NCBI GenBank assembly: GCA_043228905.1
Contig: JBHGNT010000006.1
Location: 20,646,001 to 20,710,000, forward strand
Direction: 5' to 3'
DNA length: 64,000 nucleotides
Source of the DNA: Azolla caroliniana
Taxonomy: Eukaryota; Plantae; Polypodiophyta
The notes beneath the pieces were generated by a model. That model saw nothing but the letters and a program-made list of their open reading frames with translations, had not been told where the DNA came from and did no database searches. Below are positions 53,941 through 64,000 of this stretch, in pieces; within the stretch, counting starts at the first letter, position 1, and each line of letters begins with the position of its first letter. The translations under genes were made by a program, and so were the position numbers.

Positions 53941-55349
53941 CACTTAAAACCCACTGTATAAGAGAGATCATCCAATAAGCTGGATGGTTTGTGTATGGTG
54001 AGTTGTTCTATCAATCTGCACTTTGTTACCGGTGTGGCTGTGATATTTTTGTGATTGCACCTGTCGTCTGAACCTTGAGGAAGACCTGCTCAAGGAGACA
54101 GGGATGAACAAAAAGCAGATGGCTACTAAGATCGATTGGGATATGCACTATTCATATTTATTCTTTTATTTTGTATACCTGGCAAATAATCTGGTTGTCC
54201 TACCAACGTCGAAGCTATGTATGTGTTTTTGGTGACTACTGGAACAGGACTGGAAATTTAAAGGCTATTAACGGGTTGGACTATGTAGGATGCGAAGCTT
54301 GTAATTTTAGATGAATTCTCCGACTTTTGAAAGGGATACTAAACTATATTTAATATTGCAATGTTAATCATGATTTAAAAATGGTTTTCGGTGATATAAG
54401 AATGCTTCCTTAAATGAACAAACCATTACTGTAAGATTCCTTTACATGTATGCAGCAAGTTCTGTTTCTTCTAGCCAAAATTTCTTGGTAAATGCTTTAC
54501 TGGTATTTGTCTTCTTCTTGATGAGATTGATTGTGAATCATATGTTTTTATACTGCCGCTTTGAGCTAATACACAAGTTACCCATATGAATTAATACCAT
54601 GTGCAACAAATATTCACAAATGCAATGCCATTCTAAAGAAGGTTAATAATTATTGTCTAAATGTAAGACCTTTGAATATGTGCAGTTACTTTTCTATATT
54701 GATTTGCTTTCTCTAAACAGAAGTTGTGAACATTATTACTGGCATTTTGACAATGGTCAAGGTAAATTCCTGAAGTGTATTTTCCATAGAAATGATGAGT
54801 GTAATAATTATGAGAGGAAACAAATAATATCACACTAAATTGAAGTCCAAAAATAGACTTTATAGCTAGCAAAAGGGTAAACGTGAACATTGCATTCCTA
54901 ATGTTGTAATGAGCTTTGAAACAATCAATAAAAACCACCATATAAACCCAATGAACTTGCAACAAAATTCCTTATCAAGGTGATATGATCCCTTCTAGAG
55001 ATGCAACTTGCAAACCTTACATGTGCCCTTCTTTCCAAACATGCATACAATGTATCTCTTAAAAGGAATGAAGTTGTTCCTCGTCTTCCCAATATGATTA
55101 AATGATAGCTTTACAAATGCCGTGACATGCCAGAAGCCTCATTTAGAAAAGAGAGTCCACTGGAAATTAAATTTAATGAAGAGGTCGGGAGCTCAAACAC
55201 CCAACATTGTCATTTGTCTCAACATAAGTCAAGCCTCCCATGATAAGAAGATACTCATCATAATATTAGGAAACGCTACGGAAAACTTATCTCATGATCA
55301 ATTATGGTTATGTACGTAAGCAAATGATGCCCAAATTTGTGACGTAACC

Positions 55350-55384
<35 letters not shown>

Positions 55385-55468
55385 TGAAAACACACAATTA
55401 TATTAATAAATATGTGTGAAAAACATTACTTACAATGGGTGTCACAATGGAGTACAGCCACCCGCTAA

Positions 55469-56010
55469 CTACATGGGTAGTGGAACATGTTGAATTGCTA
55501 ATAGGCAAGACGAACACTCCAGTTGGGAAATAATTTCCACTTGCTCCAATAAAGAAAATTGCCACATTAGTACTCCCTTAAACTTTCGTATATATGCTTT
55601 CACTCCATGCCTAACATCAAATAAAAAAGCATTGTGCATATCCCAATTATGATACAATCTCCAATACCTCAGAAATAGGAAAACGATCTCCATCTTTGAT
55701 TTTGGGTCAACCTGTGTAAACACCCACTGTCTAGGCATCCAATAACATTGTGATAAAACTTGTCAAATTTGAGAAATGTAACCCCAAATCTGACAAGCAA
55801 TCAAGCATTTTATAAAACGATGAGTACTATCTTCTATTTGAACAATGCAAAAGAAGCAATTGTCCGTTGTTTGTCCACGACACTTTAGAGCTAGAGCTAA
55901 TCCCAAAGGCAATCTCCCAATCAAAACTCTCCAAATGAAGACCTTTGCTACAAGTGGCAATTTAGAATGCTAACTATGTTTTAAGATCTGCCACCATCCA
56001 TGATCGGATT
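55469..56010 (-). mobile_element. L1-type retrotransposon 3' remnant (zf-RVT domain)
   Basis: PLVAKVFIWRVLIGRLPLG...CFFC...EDSTHRFIKCLIACQIW followed by LRYWRLYHNWDMHNAFLFD. Stops present. Confidence 0.75.
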
Positions 56011-56990
56011 TGTGCATATCAACACAATTTGATGACACGATTGTGTTCAACCATTGTTTAATCCAATTTATGTATGGGAGTTTCTCTATAAAAAATAATA
56101 TAACCACACAATCATAGAATAAATCAGAAGATTACGACACTGCCTTAGCATCAACTTGCACATCATTGCACATCCTCATCGATGCATTCTTTTGCTACAT
56201 TTTCATTTTCATCCACAATATTAGACAACCAGGTATTGGCAATCCCCCATAAATTATCCAAATTATGATGATCCTTCTCAACCTCATCTATATCTATTGC
56301 CTCGACATATGTCAATTTCTTCTTATTAATTTCCTCAATACCCTTAAGTATCTTAGAGCTTCCAAATTCTTCCCTTTCACGATTACATTCTACCATCACA
56401 TTACTCTTTATTGGATCAATTGATCCCATATCGATGCCCCCCACAATTTGTGAGGAATTCATGTTTATATCCTCTATTCTTGATGCGATTTCGATCCAGG
56501 ATAAGAATGATTTTTTATGAACAACAGAGAAAAAACCAGAACTCACCCGATGGAAGAAATCGAAGACAATAGGAGGCCCGCAATACGTGTTGAGTATGTG
56601 TATGCCGCCAACACACGATTCTTAATTTCTATCGCTGCTTGTAGTACAGACCACCAAATTAAACATGTTATATCTCGTTTAGAAGCTCCGGTAGAGGCCT
56701 TCGATACTTGTCTTTGTGCCAAATTCCGTTGCTGATAGGGAGCCCAGAAACAAAAACAAATTCTCTTCTTCTTCTTCCCTCCCCCCCCCCCCCTCTCTCT
56801 CTCTCTATATATATATATATGTTGTATACATGTATATCCAAATAAGAACAAACTCAAAAGAGATTTGAGTATACTCCATTTATGAATAAGAAGAAAAGAA
56901 GTTATTGTTGGGGGAAAGCTCTGCTGCTGATGGGCTTCACCGATCTACATCCTTCTTTCTCCTCCACCCAGCCCTCGTGCAATAGAGAAA

Positions 56991-59312
56991 ATGTGCTGTT
57001 TGGAAGATGGGTTTCTTCCTTGTATGGAAAATTTGGTCTCCCTTCTATCCAAATGCAGAAAAAAGCAAGATATGCCTTTTTTCCACCGAATTCATTCCCG
57101 CATTTGTATCTATGGATTGGAAACAAATGCATTTTCTGGAGATTACCTTGTTCCAATGCTTGTAGAATGTGGAAATGTGTCAAAAGCTCAGCAAATGTTC
57201 TATAAATTGTTGTCTCCAAATGAGGCTTGTTGGATTTCTCTGATGGAAGGATATGCTCGGCATGGACAAATTCAACATTCAGTCAACCTTTTTAACCGGA
57301 TTGAAGTGTACGCAAGTAGTGCTACATTTCACGCTGCACTGAAAGCTTTTTCTAGGCTTAACTTTGCAAGGGGAGGTCAAGAGATTCACATTCACATCAC
57401 AAATAAGGCACTTGAAAACGACCTACATATTGGTAGTAGTCTTGTGGACATGTATGTGAAATGTGGCTGCTTCACAGAAGCGGAGAATGTATTAAAAATG
57501 CTCCCAGTCCGAAATGTGGTTTCATGGACTGCACTCATGGTTGGATATGCTGAATATGGGTATGTGAAAGAGGTGTTAAATTGCATGGAAAAAATGAGGT
57601 TAGATAGTGTTTCACCAAATGCTTTCACTTTTGTTTGTATCTTGAAAGTTTGTTGTAACCAAAGGAATTTCATGGATAAGGCTAGATCAGTCCATAGTGA
57701 CATTGTTCGGCATGGATTTGAAACAAACCCTTTTATTGGGAGTGCCCTGGTGGGGACATATGCTAGATGTGCCTTGATTTTGGAGGGCTTGTTTGTGTTT
57801 GATGAGCTACTAGTTCGAGACTTAGTCTCGTGGAATTCATTGCTTTTGTTATATGCCGAACATGGGCTTTCTGATAGCATGATTCTTTGCTTAGGCCAAA
57901 TGCAAGAGGAAGGCATTTCCCCAGATGGGTCCACATATGTCTATGGTTTAAAATGTTGTGGCAATGTAGGAGCAATAATAAAGGGCCGAATCCTTCATTT
58001 TGCGGTTGTACAAGGCGGATTGGAGATTGATCCTTTTATCAATAGTACCTTAGTGGATATGTATGTGAGGTGTGGATGTCTTGTAGAGTCATGGAATCTA
58101 GTTGATGACTTGTCAATGCATTCTTGTACAGCTTTGATAGGAGGATATGTTGACCAAGGATACCCTGAGGAAGCGTTGGAATTCTATGAGAAAATGCAAC
58201 AAAGGGGAATGGTTATGGATTCAGTGACTTATGCTTGTAGCCTCCGAGCTTGTACCAGCATAAAAGCTCTAGGAATTGGACAAAAAATACATGCTCAGGT
58301 TTTGAAAAGTGGTCTCGAAAGAGAATCATGTGTTGGCAATGTGTTAGTTGACATGTATGCAAAATTTGGATTAATCCATGAAGCACAGGATGTCTTTGAC
58401 AATCTATTGATGCGAAATGAAGCCTCATGGTCTTCTCTTATTACCGGCTATGCCAATCAAAACCTTGATGAGAGAGTTCTAGCTTGCTTGGAAAAGATGA
58501 AATCCGATGACATAGTTTGGGATGCAGTCATAGCAGTGTGCTGCTTGAGAGCCTGTGCAAATATTGGAGTCATTGATAAAGGCTTCCAAATACATGCTGA
58601 CATGGCTCAAGATGGGTTAGACAATGATATTTTGGTTGGCAATACATTAGTTGATATGTATGCGAAGTGTGGATTAATTTCTGAAGCAAGAGTGGTATTC
58701 GATGAGCTATCCATCCGAAATGTTGTTTCGTGGACTGCAATTATAGCAGGTTATGCTTGCCAAGGAAAAAGTGAACTTGTTTTCCATATGTTTGAGAAAA
58801 TGCAAGAGGAGAACGTGGAGCCCGATGGCATAGCTCTGCTCATAGTCCTCACTGTGTGCAGATATGGAGGCCATGTGGACAAGGGCAGAAAATACTTTGA
58901 AGCATTGAGCAACAAAAGCAGCTCACTTCTCACAATTGACCATTATAATTGCATGCTTGATCTTACGAGTTCTACTGGAAGGTTTTCAGAAGCCTTTGAA
59001 ATCTTGGATAAAATGCCTTTCCAACCAAATATGGTTACCTGGAATCTTATGCTAAGTGCATGTAGGAAGTGGGGTAACATATTGCTTGCCAGGAATATCT
59101 TTGAATGTGCACTAAGGTCAGATGTATTACATGATGCAACGTTTCTTTTAATGTCCAATATATTTGCAGATGCACAAATGGTGGAGGATGTTAAGAGGAC
59201 GGAGCTGCTAAGGAGGAATGCCACTTGTTTAGAGCAAAAGGATTTTGTAAATCTATTCTTTACAAGGGATTATAAACATATTCAAGTGAGAGATTTTTAC
59301 CCTAAGGTTTAA
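56991..59312 (+). CDS. Single-exon PLS-class pentatricopeptide repeat protein with E domain (no DYW), probable organellar RNA-editing factor
   Basis: 773-aa ORF with repeated LVDMYxKCG / RNVVSWTA / MQEEGISPD motifs. C-terminal MPFQPNMVTWNLMLSACRKWGN and FLLMSNIFA form an E domain. No HxE/CxxC/DYW. Confidence 0.9.
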   Translation: MCCLEDGFLPCMENLVSLLSKCRKKQDMPFFHRIHSRICIYGLETNAFSGDYLVPMLVECGNVSKAQQMFYKLLSPNEACWISLMEGYARHGQIQHSVNLFNRIEVYASSATFHAALKAFSRLNFARGGQEIHIHITNKALENDLHIGSSLVDMYVKCGCFTEAENVLKMLPVRNVVSWTALMVGYAEYGYVKEVLNCMEKMRLDSVSPNAFTFVCILKVCCNQRNFMDKARSVHSDIVRHGFETNPFIGSALVGTYARCALILEGLFVFDELLVRDLVSWNSLLLLYAEHGLSDSMILCLGQMQEEGISPDGSTYVYGLKCCGNVGAIIKGRILHFAVVQGGLEIDPFINSTLVDMYVRCGCLVESWNLVDDLSMHSCTALIGGYVDQGYPEEALEFYEKMQQRGMVMDSVTYACSLRACTSIKALGIGQKIHAQVLKSGLERESCVGNVLVDMYAKFGLIHEAQDVFDNLLMRNEASWSSLITGYANQNLDERVLACLEKMKSDDIVWDAVIAVCCLRACANIGVIDKGFQIHADMAQDGLDNDILVGNTLVDMYAKCGLISEARVVFDELSIRNVVSWTAIIAGYACQGKSELVFHMFEKMQEENVEPDGIALLIVLTVCRYGGHVDKGRKYFEALSNKSSSLLTIDHYNCMLDLTSSTGRFSEAFEILDKMPFQPNMVTWNLMLSACRKWGNILLARNIFECALRSDVLHDATFLLMSNIFADAQMVEDVKRTELLRRNATCLEQKDFVNLFFTRDYKHIQVRDFYPKV

Positions 59313-60684
59313 ATAGCCTATCACTACAAGTGCAGGGACATGAAGATAATATCTTGGAAGGTCAAAGGGATCAGATTAAGTTTCTGAATGCTTTCAATAT
59401 GATGGTAGGCTTTCACTTTACACAAAGCGTGGCCAACAAAATATAAATATAAAATGATGAAGTGCATAATTATTGTCATTTTGGAAAAGATCAGTGTAAG
59501 GCCAGCTTTTAACGATCTATGAAAATTTTTGCAATGCCTTTTTCCATCCATGCTCATACATGTGTCTTCTTATCCCTTCTTTCTCGTGAATGACATGCAA
59601 CGGGAGAGCCACACTTGAATGAAGATTAATTTGTGTGTTCAAGAGAAAACATGTTTTCATGCTCATCACATTTGGCATATTGTAATCAACTACCCCACAA
59701 AATTAGTCCCATCAATGTTCGAAGGAAAGCAGGGTGTACACGAGAGAAAATCTTAGTTATACTGACAGCCTCAATTCAATGATAAACAGTGAATGATAAG
59801 CTCATTTGCAAATGAAAGAATTTCAGCCAAATCTAGTGAATATTTAGCTCGTTTGTGAATGGTCAAATTTTATTAGAAATACAAAAGCAGCATCAGATAA
59901 ATGGTATGTTGGTTGTATCTATGCAAACAACACCATTTGACATTTAGAGTCGGGCACAAATTTGGACATTCATGTAGAGAGCTGCTTGCAGGAACAACCA
60001 ATTAACACAAAAATACAAGGGATTGACTTTCTTTGGTTACAACAGTTGACAGCTAACAGATCACAAAAATCAATCTGAATATGCAAGCACATGGTTTCAC
60101 TGTCATAATAACTTCAAGAGTTCGACAATCATGAGGCAATATTGAATAGAAGATCTTCCACAAAGTTTCCAAGAAACGAACTTCTTACTTTAATATGTAC
60201 AGGATGTGCACATCATTGCCAATAAGGTCCCAATATTTTTTGTACCATAAATAAAGTTGCAACTCAGCAAGTATAACCTCTGGACAACATTCACTCTATT
60301 ACACATTCAATTTATGGGTTGCCATATTAAAAACAATAATTCCTGAATTCAAGCACTTGCTAGGAATTATAAAACACAATGGACACAATGGACATCAAGC
60401 ACTTGATCACTTCATATTAAATAAAAACAAAAAGGTTTTCCATTTTAATAATTGAAGGCTTGTGATGCGCAGTTTTTTGTGTCAAAATAACCAGCATTTG
60501 TATCACACATTCGAGGCAAGGTAAACTGAATTCACCATTTACAAATCAATCAATTATTCAGAGAAATGCTGAATTCGATCTGATTTGATTGAAATCAGAT
60601 AATCAGCATGCCACATTTGTGGCAATATTACACAAGGCTCAAGGAGCAGCTCTTTGTGTTTCCAGTCGAATAGCAGTATTGGAC

Positions 60685-62418
60685 TCAGGATTTGCCCATA
60701 GTAGTTGAAAGATAGAAATTCCAAAATATCGCACATGATGACATGAAACCAACCCTCGCCTGCAAGGGAACAACGCTGTACCAACACCATGCACACTGGA
60801 TGTCAAACTTCTATTTCTAATTTCATTCCATTCCAAGCATGAAAAAACCAGTTCACATACCCAAAATTAAGAACAGAAGCAGGAATCCAAAATTTCCAAC
60901 CTGCATATTGTCATATTTTTCTTTCAGAAAATTGATACGAAATATCTACCTGTCGAATAGAAAATGTCTCAACCTTCTTTTTGAGACACTATAAAATAAG
61001 TTTTGCTTTCACCTTTGCTAAATGTCATACATGACCCATTTCAAGAATAATAATTCTGAAAATATCATTTACATATTTTGGAATATACATACCGTTTATC
61101 AACGTTGAAACTGCGTGATCAGAATACATTGCTGGAAGTTTATCCAATTTTCCTTGCCATAAACTGTTCCATGCGAAGACAACTGCAATAACATATGGAC
61201 CTAGGACCAGTTGGTTGAGAGCCACCTGGTCAGAAAAAATAAACAGATCACTGGTTTAACTATGATAGATCAGAGCATATACGTTCTTTCTATTAGCCTC
61301 CGGATGCATCCAAATATGTTACTCTTCAAAACTTAATGAAGATTCATAATTCACAATGAGAAGAATTGAAACAAGATGTCAGTGGTCACAAATCCTGTTA
61401 CATCTCCTCGACATGAATAACCGCATGAAAATGGCATATGCTTCTCATTCTATTACAGCAAATAGACAATTTGCGGTACCTTGGATCATACATACCGTCA
61501 ACAGATGTCTCCATAAAACAACAGTTGGTACCATATAGAATGGATGCCAATCGTAAGAATAGCACATATGGAAGCTAAAGAGATGAACAAAATAGCTTCA
61601 AAGGACTGAATGCCCCTAATAAGTTTCACAAGCTATTGTGTTGTCTTGCTGATGTCACCCTGTATATACCTCTCCTCTTAAAAACAAAGAAGATAGAAGG
61701 ATTTTTTTATGGATGCCTATTCAAGCTAGAAACAATTTTAGAAAAATCACAGAATCAAGGAGAGATTGATCTAAATGAAGAGATACATTCAATGAAAACT
61801 CACACAAAGAGGAAAATAAACATACCTTTACTGATAGGTTTGTGAGTGTTTTCTCTTTTAACGTCTTATCGAGAAATATGTACCAAATATGAGAAGAAGG
61901 ACCATAAAGGAAGAAGCCATATGTAGACATGCGCAGTGCCCTAAGCCAATCATAGTTGTCAATGATGTCTTTTGCGATAACCTACAACATCAAATGTGGA
62001 AGACAAATCAATGTGTGTCACATTACACTGTTATGCAGGAATATACATGCATATATTCACGTCCAACAGAGGCTACACAAGATAGGAAACCTCAATGAGA
62101 GGAAAAATTTCAAAGAAATGATTACCATCTTACTCAATATATCTGTCTTGGGACTGGAAACACTCAAGGATGAGAGCACATACATATCCATCAGATAACT
62201 TAAAACAAAGCAAACATGTAAAGATTGCTCAAGTGGAAACACGAATGTCTCACTGTATCCATCTTACGACAAGAAACAATTACAGAAGAGTACATATATA
62301 AGGCCCTCCTCAATAATATGTCAAACGTTGCAACCACATTACAGTATATGTCTAAACATTCAAAGACTATGGCATACATCAATGTATGTAAATTCTGTAA
62401 ACACATGTACATATGAGA

Positions 62419-62470
<52 letters not shown>

Positions 62471-62985
62471 ACAGACGCACATCAAAGTATGTATTTACAT
62501 TTTGTAAACACATATACATGCATGCATAGATATATACAAGAACTACCCAATATCATGTGAAACAAGCATATAAAGCTGCTTCAAGCAAAAACATGAGAGT
62601 TCGATAAACATATGTATCTGGTGGAGGCATGAACAACAAATATGGAGTGCATAAAGAAAACCTTAATACTCCGGTCGCCGGATGATTGCTCGGATTGAGA
62701 TGGGCATCGTGTGCGGGAGCGGGAGCGGAGCTGTGCGATGGTATCCCCGAGCAATGCGAGGACTCCGGCGGTGCACGCGGCCTTCAAGGGGAAACGTAGC
62801 TCAGCTCTTTTGGCTCCTCCACCTCCACCTCCACCTCTTCCCACCTCCTCTCCTCCTCCTCCTCCTCCTCCTTCTCCAGATGAGCTGTTGCTGTTATGAG
62901 GCGATGTGGGTGTTGAAGGTACAGGGAAGCCTGGTGGGCGCCAGGGTATGCTTCCACTGAACGAGCTCCGGAAGCCTCCATCCAT
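60685..62985 (-). CDS. Mpv17/PMP22 family membrane protein, 5 exons
   Basis: FPLKAACTAGVLALLGDTIAQ; DWLRALRMSTYGFFLYGPSSHIWYIFLD; KVALNQLVLGP; GWKFWIPASVLNFGVVPLQARVGFMSSCAIFWNFYLS. Exons ~62985-62662, 61981-61826, 61226-61092, 60901-60861, 60775-60685. GT-AG. Confidence 0.92.
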
Positions 62986-63036
62986 GGATCACAGGGGAGA
63001 GTGACAAAAAATTGTTCGTAGCTAATGAGAGAGAGA

Positions 63037-63119
63037 GAAAGAAAGAAAGAAAGATATATTAACGTCTTTTAAGAGGCCAAAATGGCCTATAAGACCGAAT
63101 AAGAGATTACATCTTAAAT
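63037..63119 (-). mobile_element. LINE-3'-tail-derived short repeat (hairpin + (TTTC)n)
   Basis: Reverse complement GATGTAATCTCTTATTCGGTCTTATAGGCCATTTTGGCCTCTTAAAAGACGTTAATATATCTTTCTTTCTTTCT, ~50 bp upstream of the Mpv17 ATG. Confidence 0.85.
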
Positions 63120-63164
63120 GTTTTCTTGTCTTTGAGAGAATAAGAGAGAAAGAGAGAATATATA

Positions 63165-63262
63165 TGTATTGAGTAATAGAGAGGTGAGAAAGTTGGGTCT
63201 TGAACCCAAGACCTGAGATATGTAGTTGAAACTTGAATTAAACAAATGAATAAAGTGCCCAC
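63165..63262 (-). mobile_element. tRNA-derived SINE-like head
   Basis: Minus strand GGTCTTGGGTTCAAGACCC (T-arm/B-box-like) preceded by a degraded A-box-like segment. Confidence 0.45.
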
Positions 63263-63363
63263 ATTAGCATATCACCAAATTGAAGAGCATTATGAGAAGA
63301 AATTCTGGCATGCTCTACTCACCTTCATCCTAAAATAAACTTTGTGCATAAGTTCCACACATG

Positions 63364-63540
63364 TGGGGAAAAAATGAACTTGTTTTCCGCATGTTTCAAG
63401 ATGATGCAAGAGGAGAATGTGGAGCCCCCCGCCCATGGTGTAGCTCTCTCACACTCTCTCTCTCTATGCTCCTAGTCCTTTTACTGTGTGCAGATATGGA
63501 GGCCCGCGTGGACAAGAGAAGTGAATGCTTTGAAGCAAAT
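63364..63540 (+). pseudogene. Short decayed copy of part of the neighbouring PPR gene (58765-58905)
   Basis: Shares GAACTTGTTTTCC, ATGCAAGAGGAGAA(T/C)GTGGAGCCC, ACTGTGTGCAGATATGGAGGCC, GTGGACAAG and CTTTGAAGCA in the same order, with indels. Confidence 0.8.
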
Positions 63541-64000
63541 AAGTTTTCCATGCAATTGAATCTAGAGTTAAAGACTTTCTTTTCGATTGCAATATTGGCG
63601 TCGTAAGCATGTGAGTAGCATTGTTGGTAGATAATCATTATGCAATCTGTACTCAAGTGGTCGCCAATGAACTAAATCTCAAACTTTGTTGTAAGGAGAG
63701 AACTTAAGTGTTCAACCATAATTGATTTTTGAGCATTCAAATGATTGAATGTCGGTCGCAACATGCCTCCTTCAAGTTGGAATTCTTGTTTTCCCATGGT
63801 ATGTGCCAACTTTCTATACAAAACAACATATTATCTCCCCCCAAGGTTGAGAGTTCCTACACACATATTCTAAGAGGTTGAGTCTTTGAAAAATCATATG
63901 ATCTTCCAAATTTAGTAGGGCTACTCCCTCTAAGCACATACTTTAAGTTAATTAGGAAACGTATAAGTTTGAGATTTCCATAAACCAATTTATCCAACAA

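Noticed and set aside
63170-63262. Functional tRNA gene
   Set aside because: Only a T-arm/B-box-like segment is recognisable. No full cloverleaf.
63021-63268. 7-bp inverted repeat GCTAATG/CATTAGC flanking the SINE-like region as MITE TIRs
   Set aside because: Too short, no TSD, expected by chance.
63800-63850. Minus-strand GGGGGAGA...TGTTG as PPT/LTR boundary of another retroelement
   Set aside because: No second LTR or coding remnant visible within the window.

Overview
Eukaryotic nuclear DNA from a land plant, most likely a non-angiosperm such as a fern (inferred from an intact DNA-PKcs gene next to a rosette-type CESA and PLS-class PPR genes). The left ~13 kb is transposon debris: LINE remnants, a 3x tandem repeat, and a decayed but structurally complete Ty1/Copia element (377-bp LTRs, PBS, PPT, ATATC target-site duplication) inserted into a PPR pseudogene and itself carrying a nested insertion. 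Five apparently intact genes follow: a ~25.7-kb, 30-exon DNA-PKcs/PRKDC (-, ~4,040 aa), VPS60/CHMP5-like (-), a 14-exon CESA (+), a single-exon PLS-E PPR (+) and an Mpv17/PMP22 gene (-). The most notable observations are (1) a full-length plant DNA-PKcs, (2) a minor-spliceosome AT-AC intron inside it, (3) a uORF ending 2 nt before its start codon and a triplicated telo-box block upstream, (4) a dispersed ~60-80 bp hairpin+(TTTC)n LINE 3'-tail family, one copy of which forms the polypyrimidine tract of a CESA splice acceptor, and (5) many introns enlarged by local tandem duplication, including decayed copies of splice acceptors. All exon boundaries and protein comparisons were made by eye and from memory, with no database searches.
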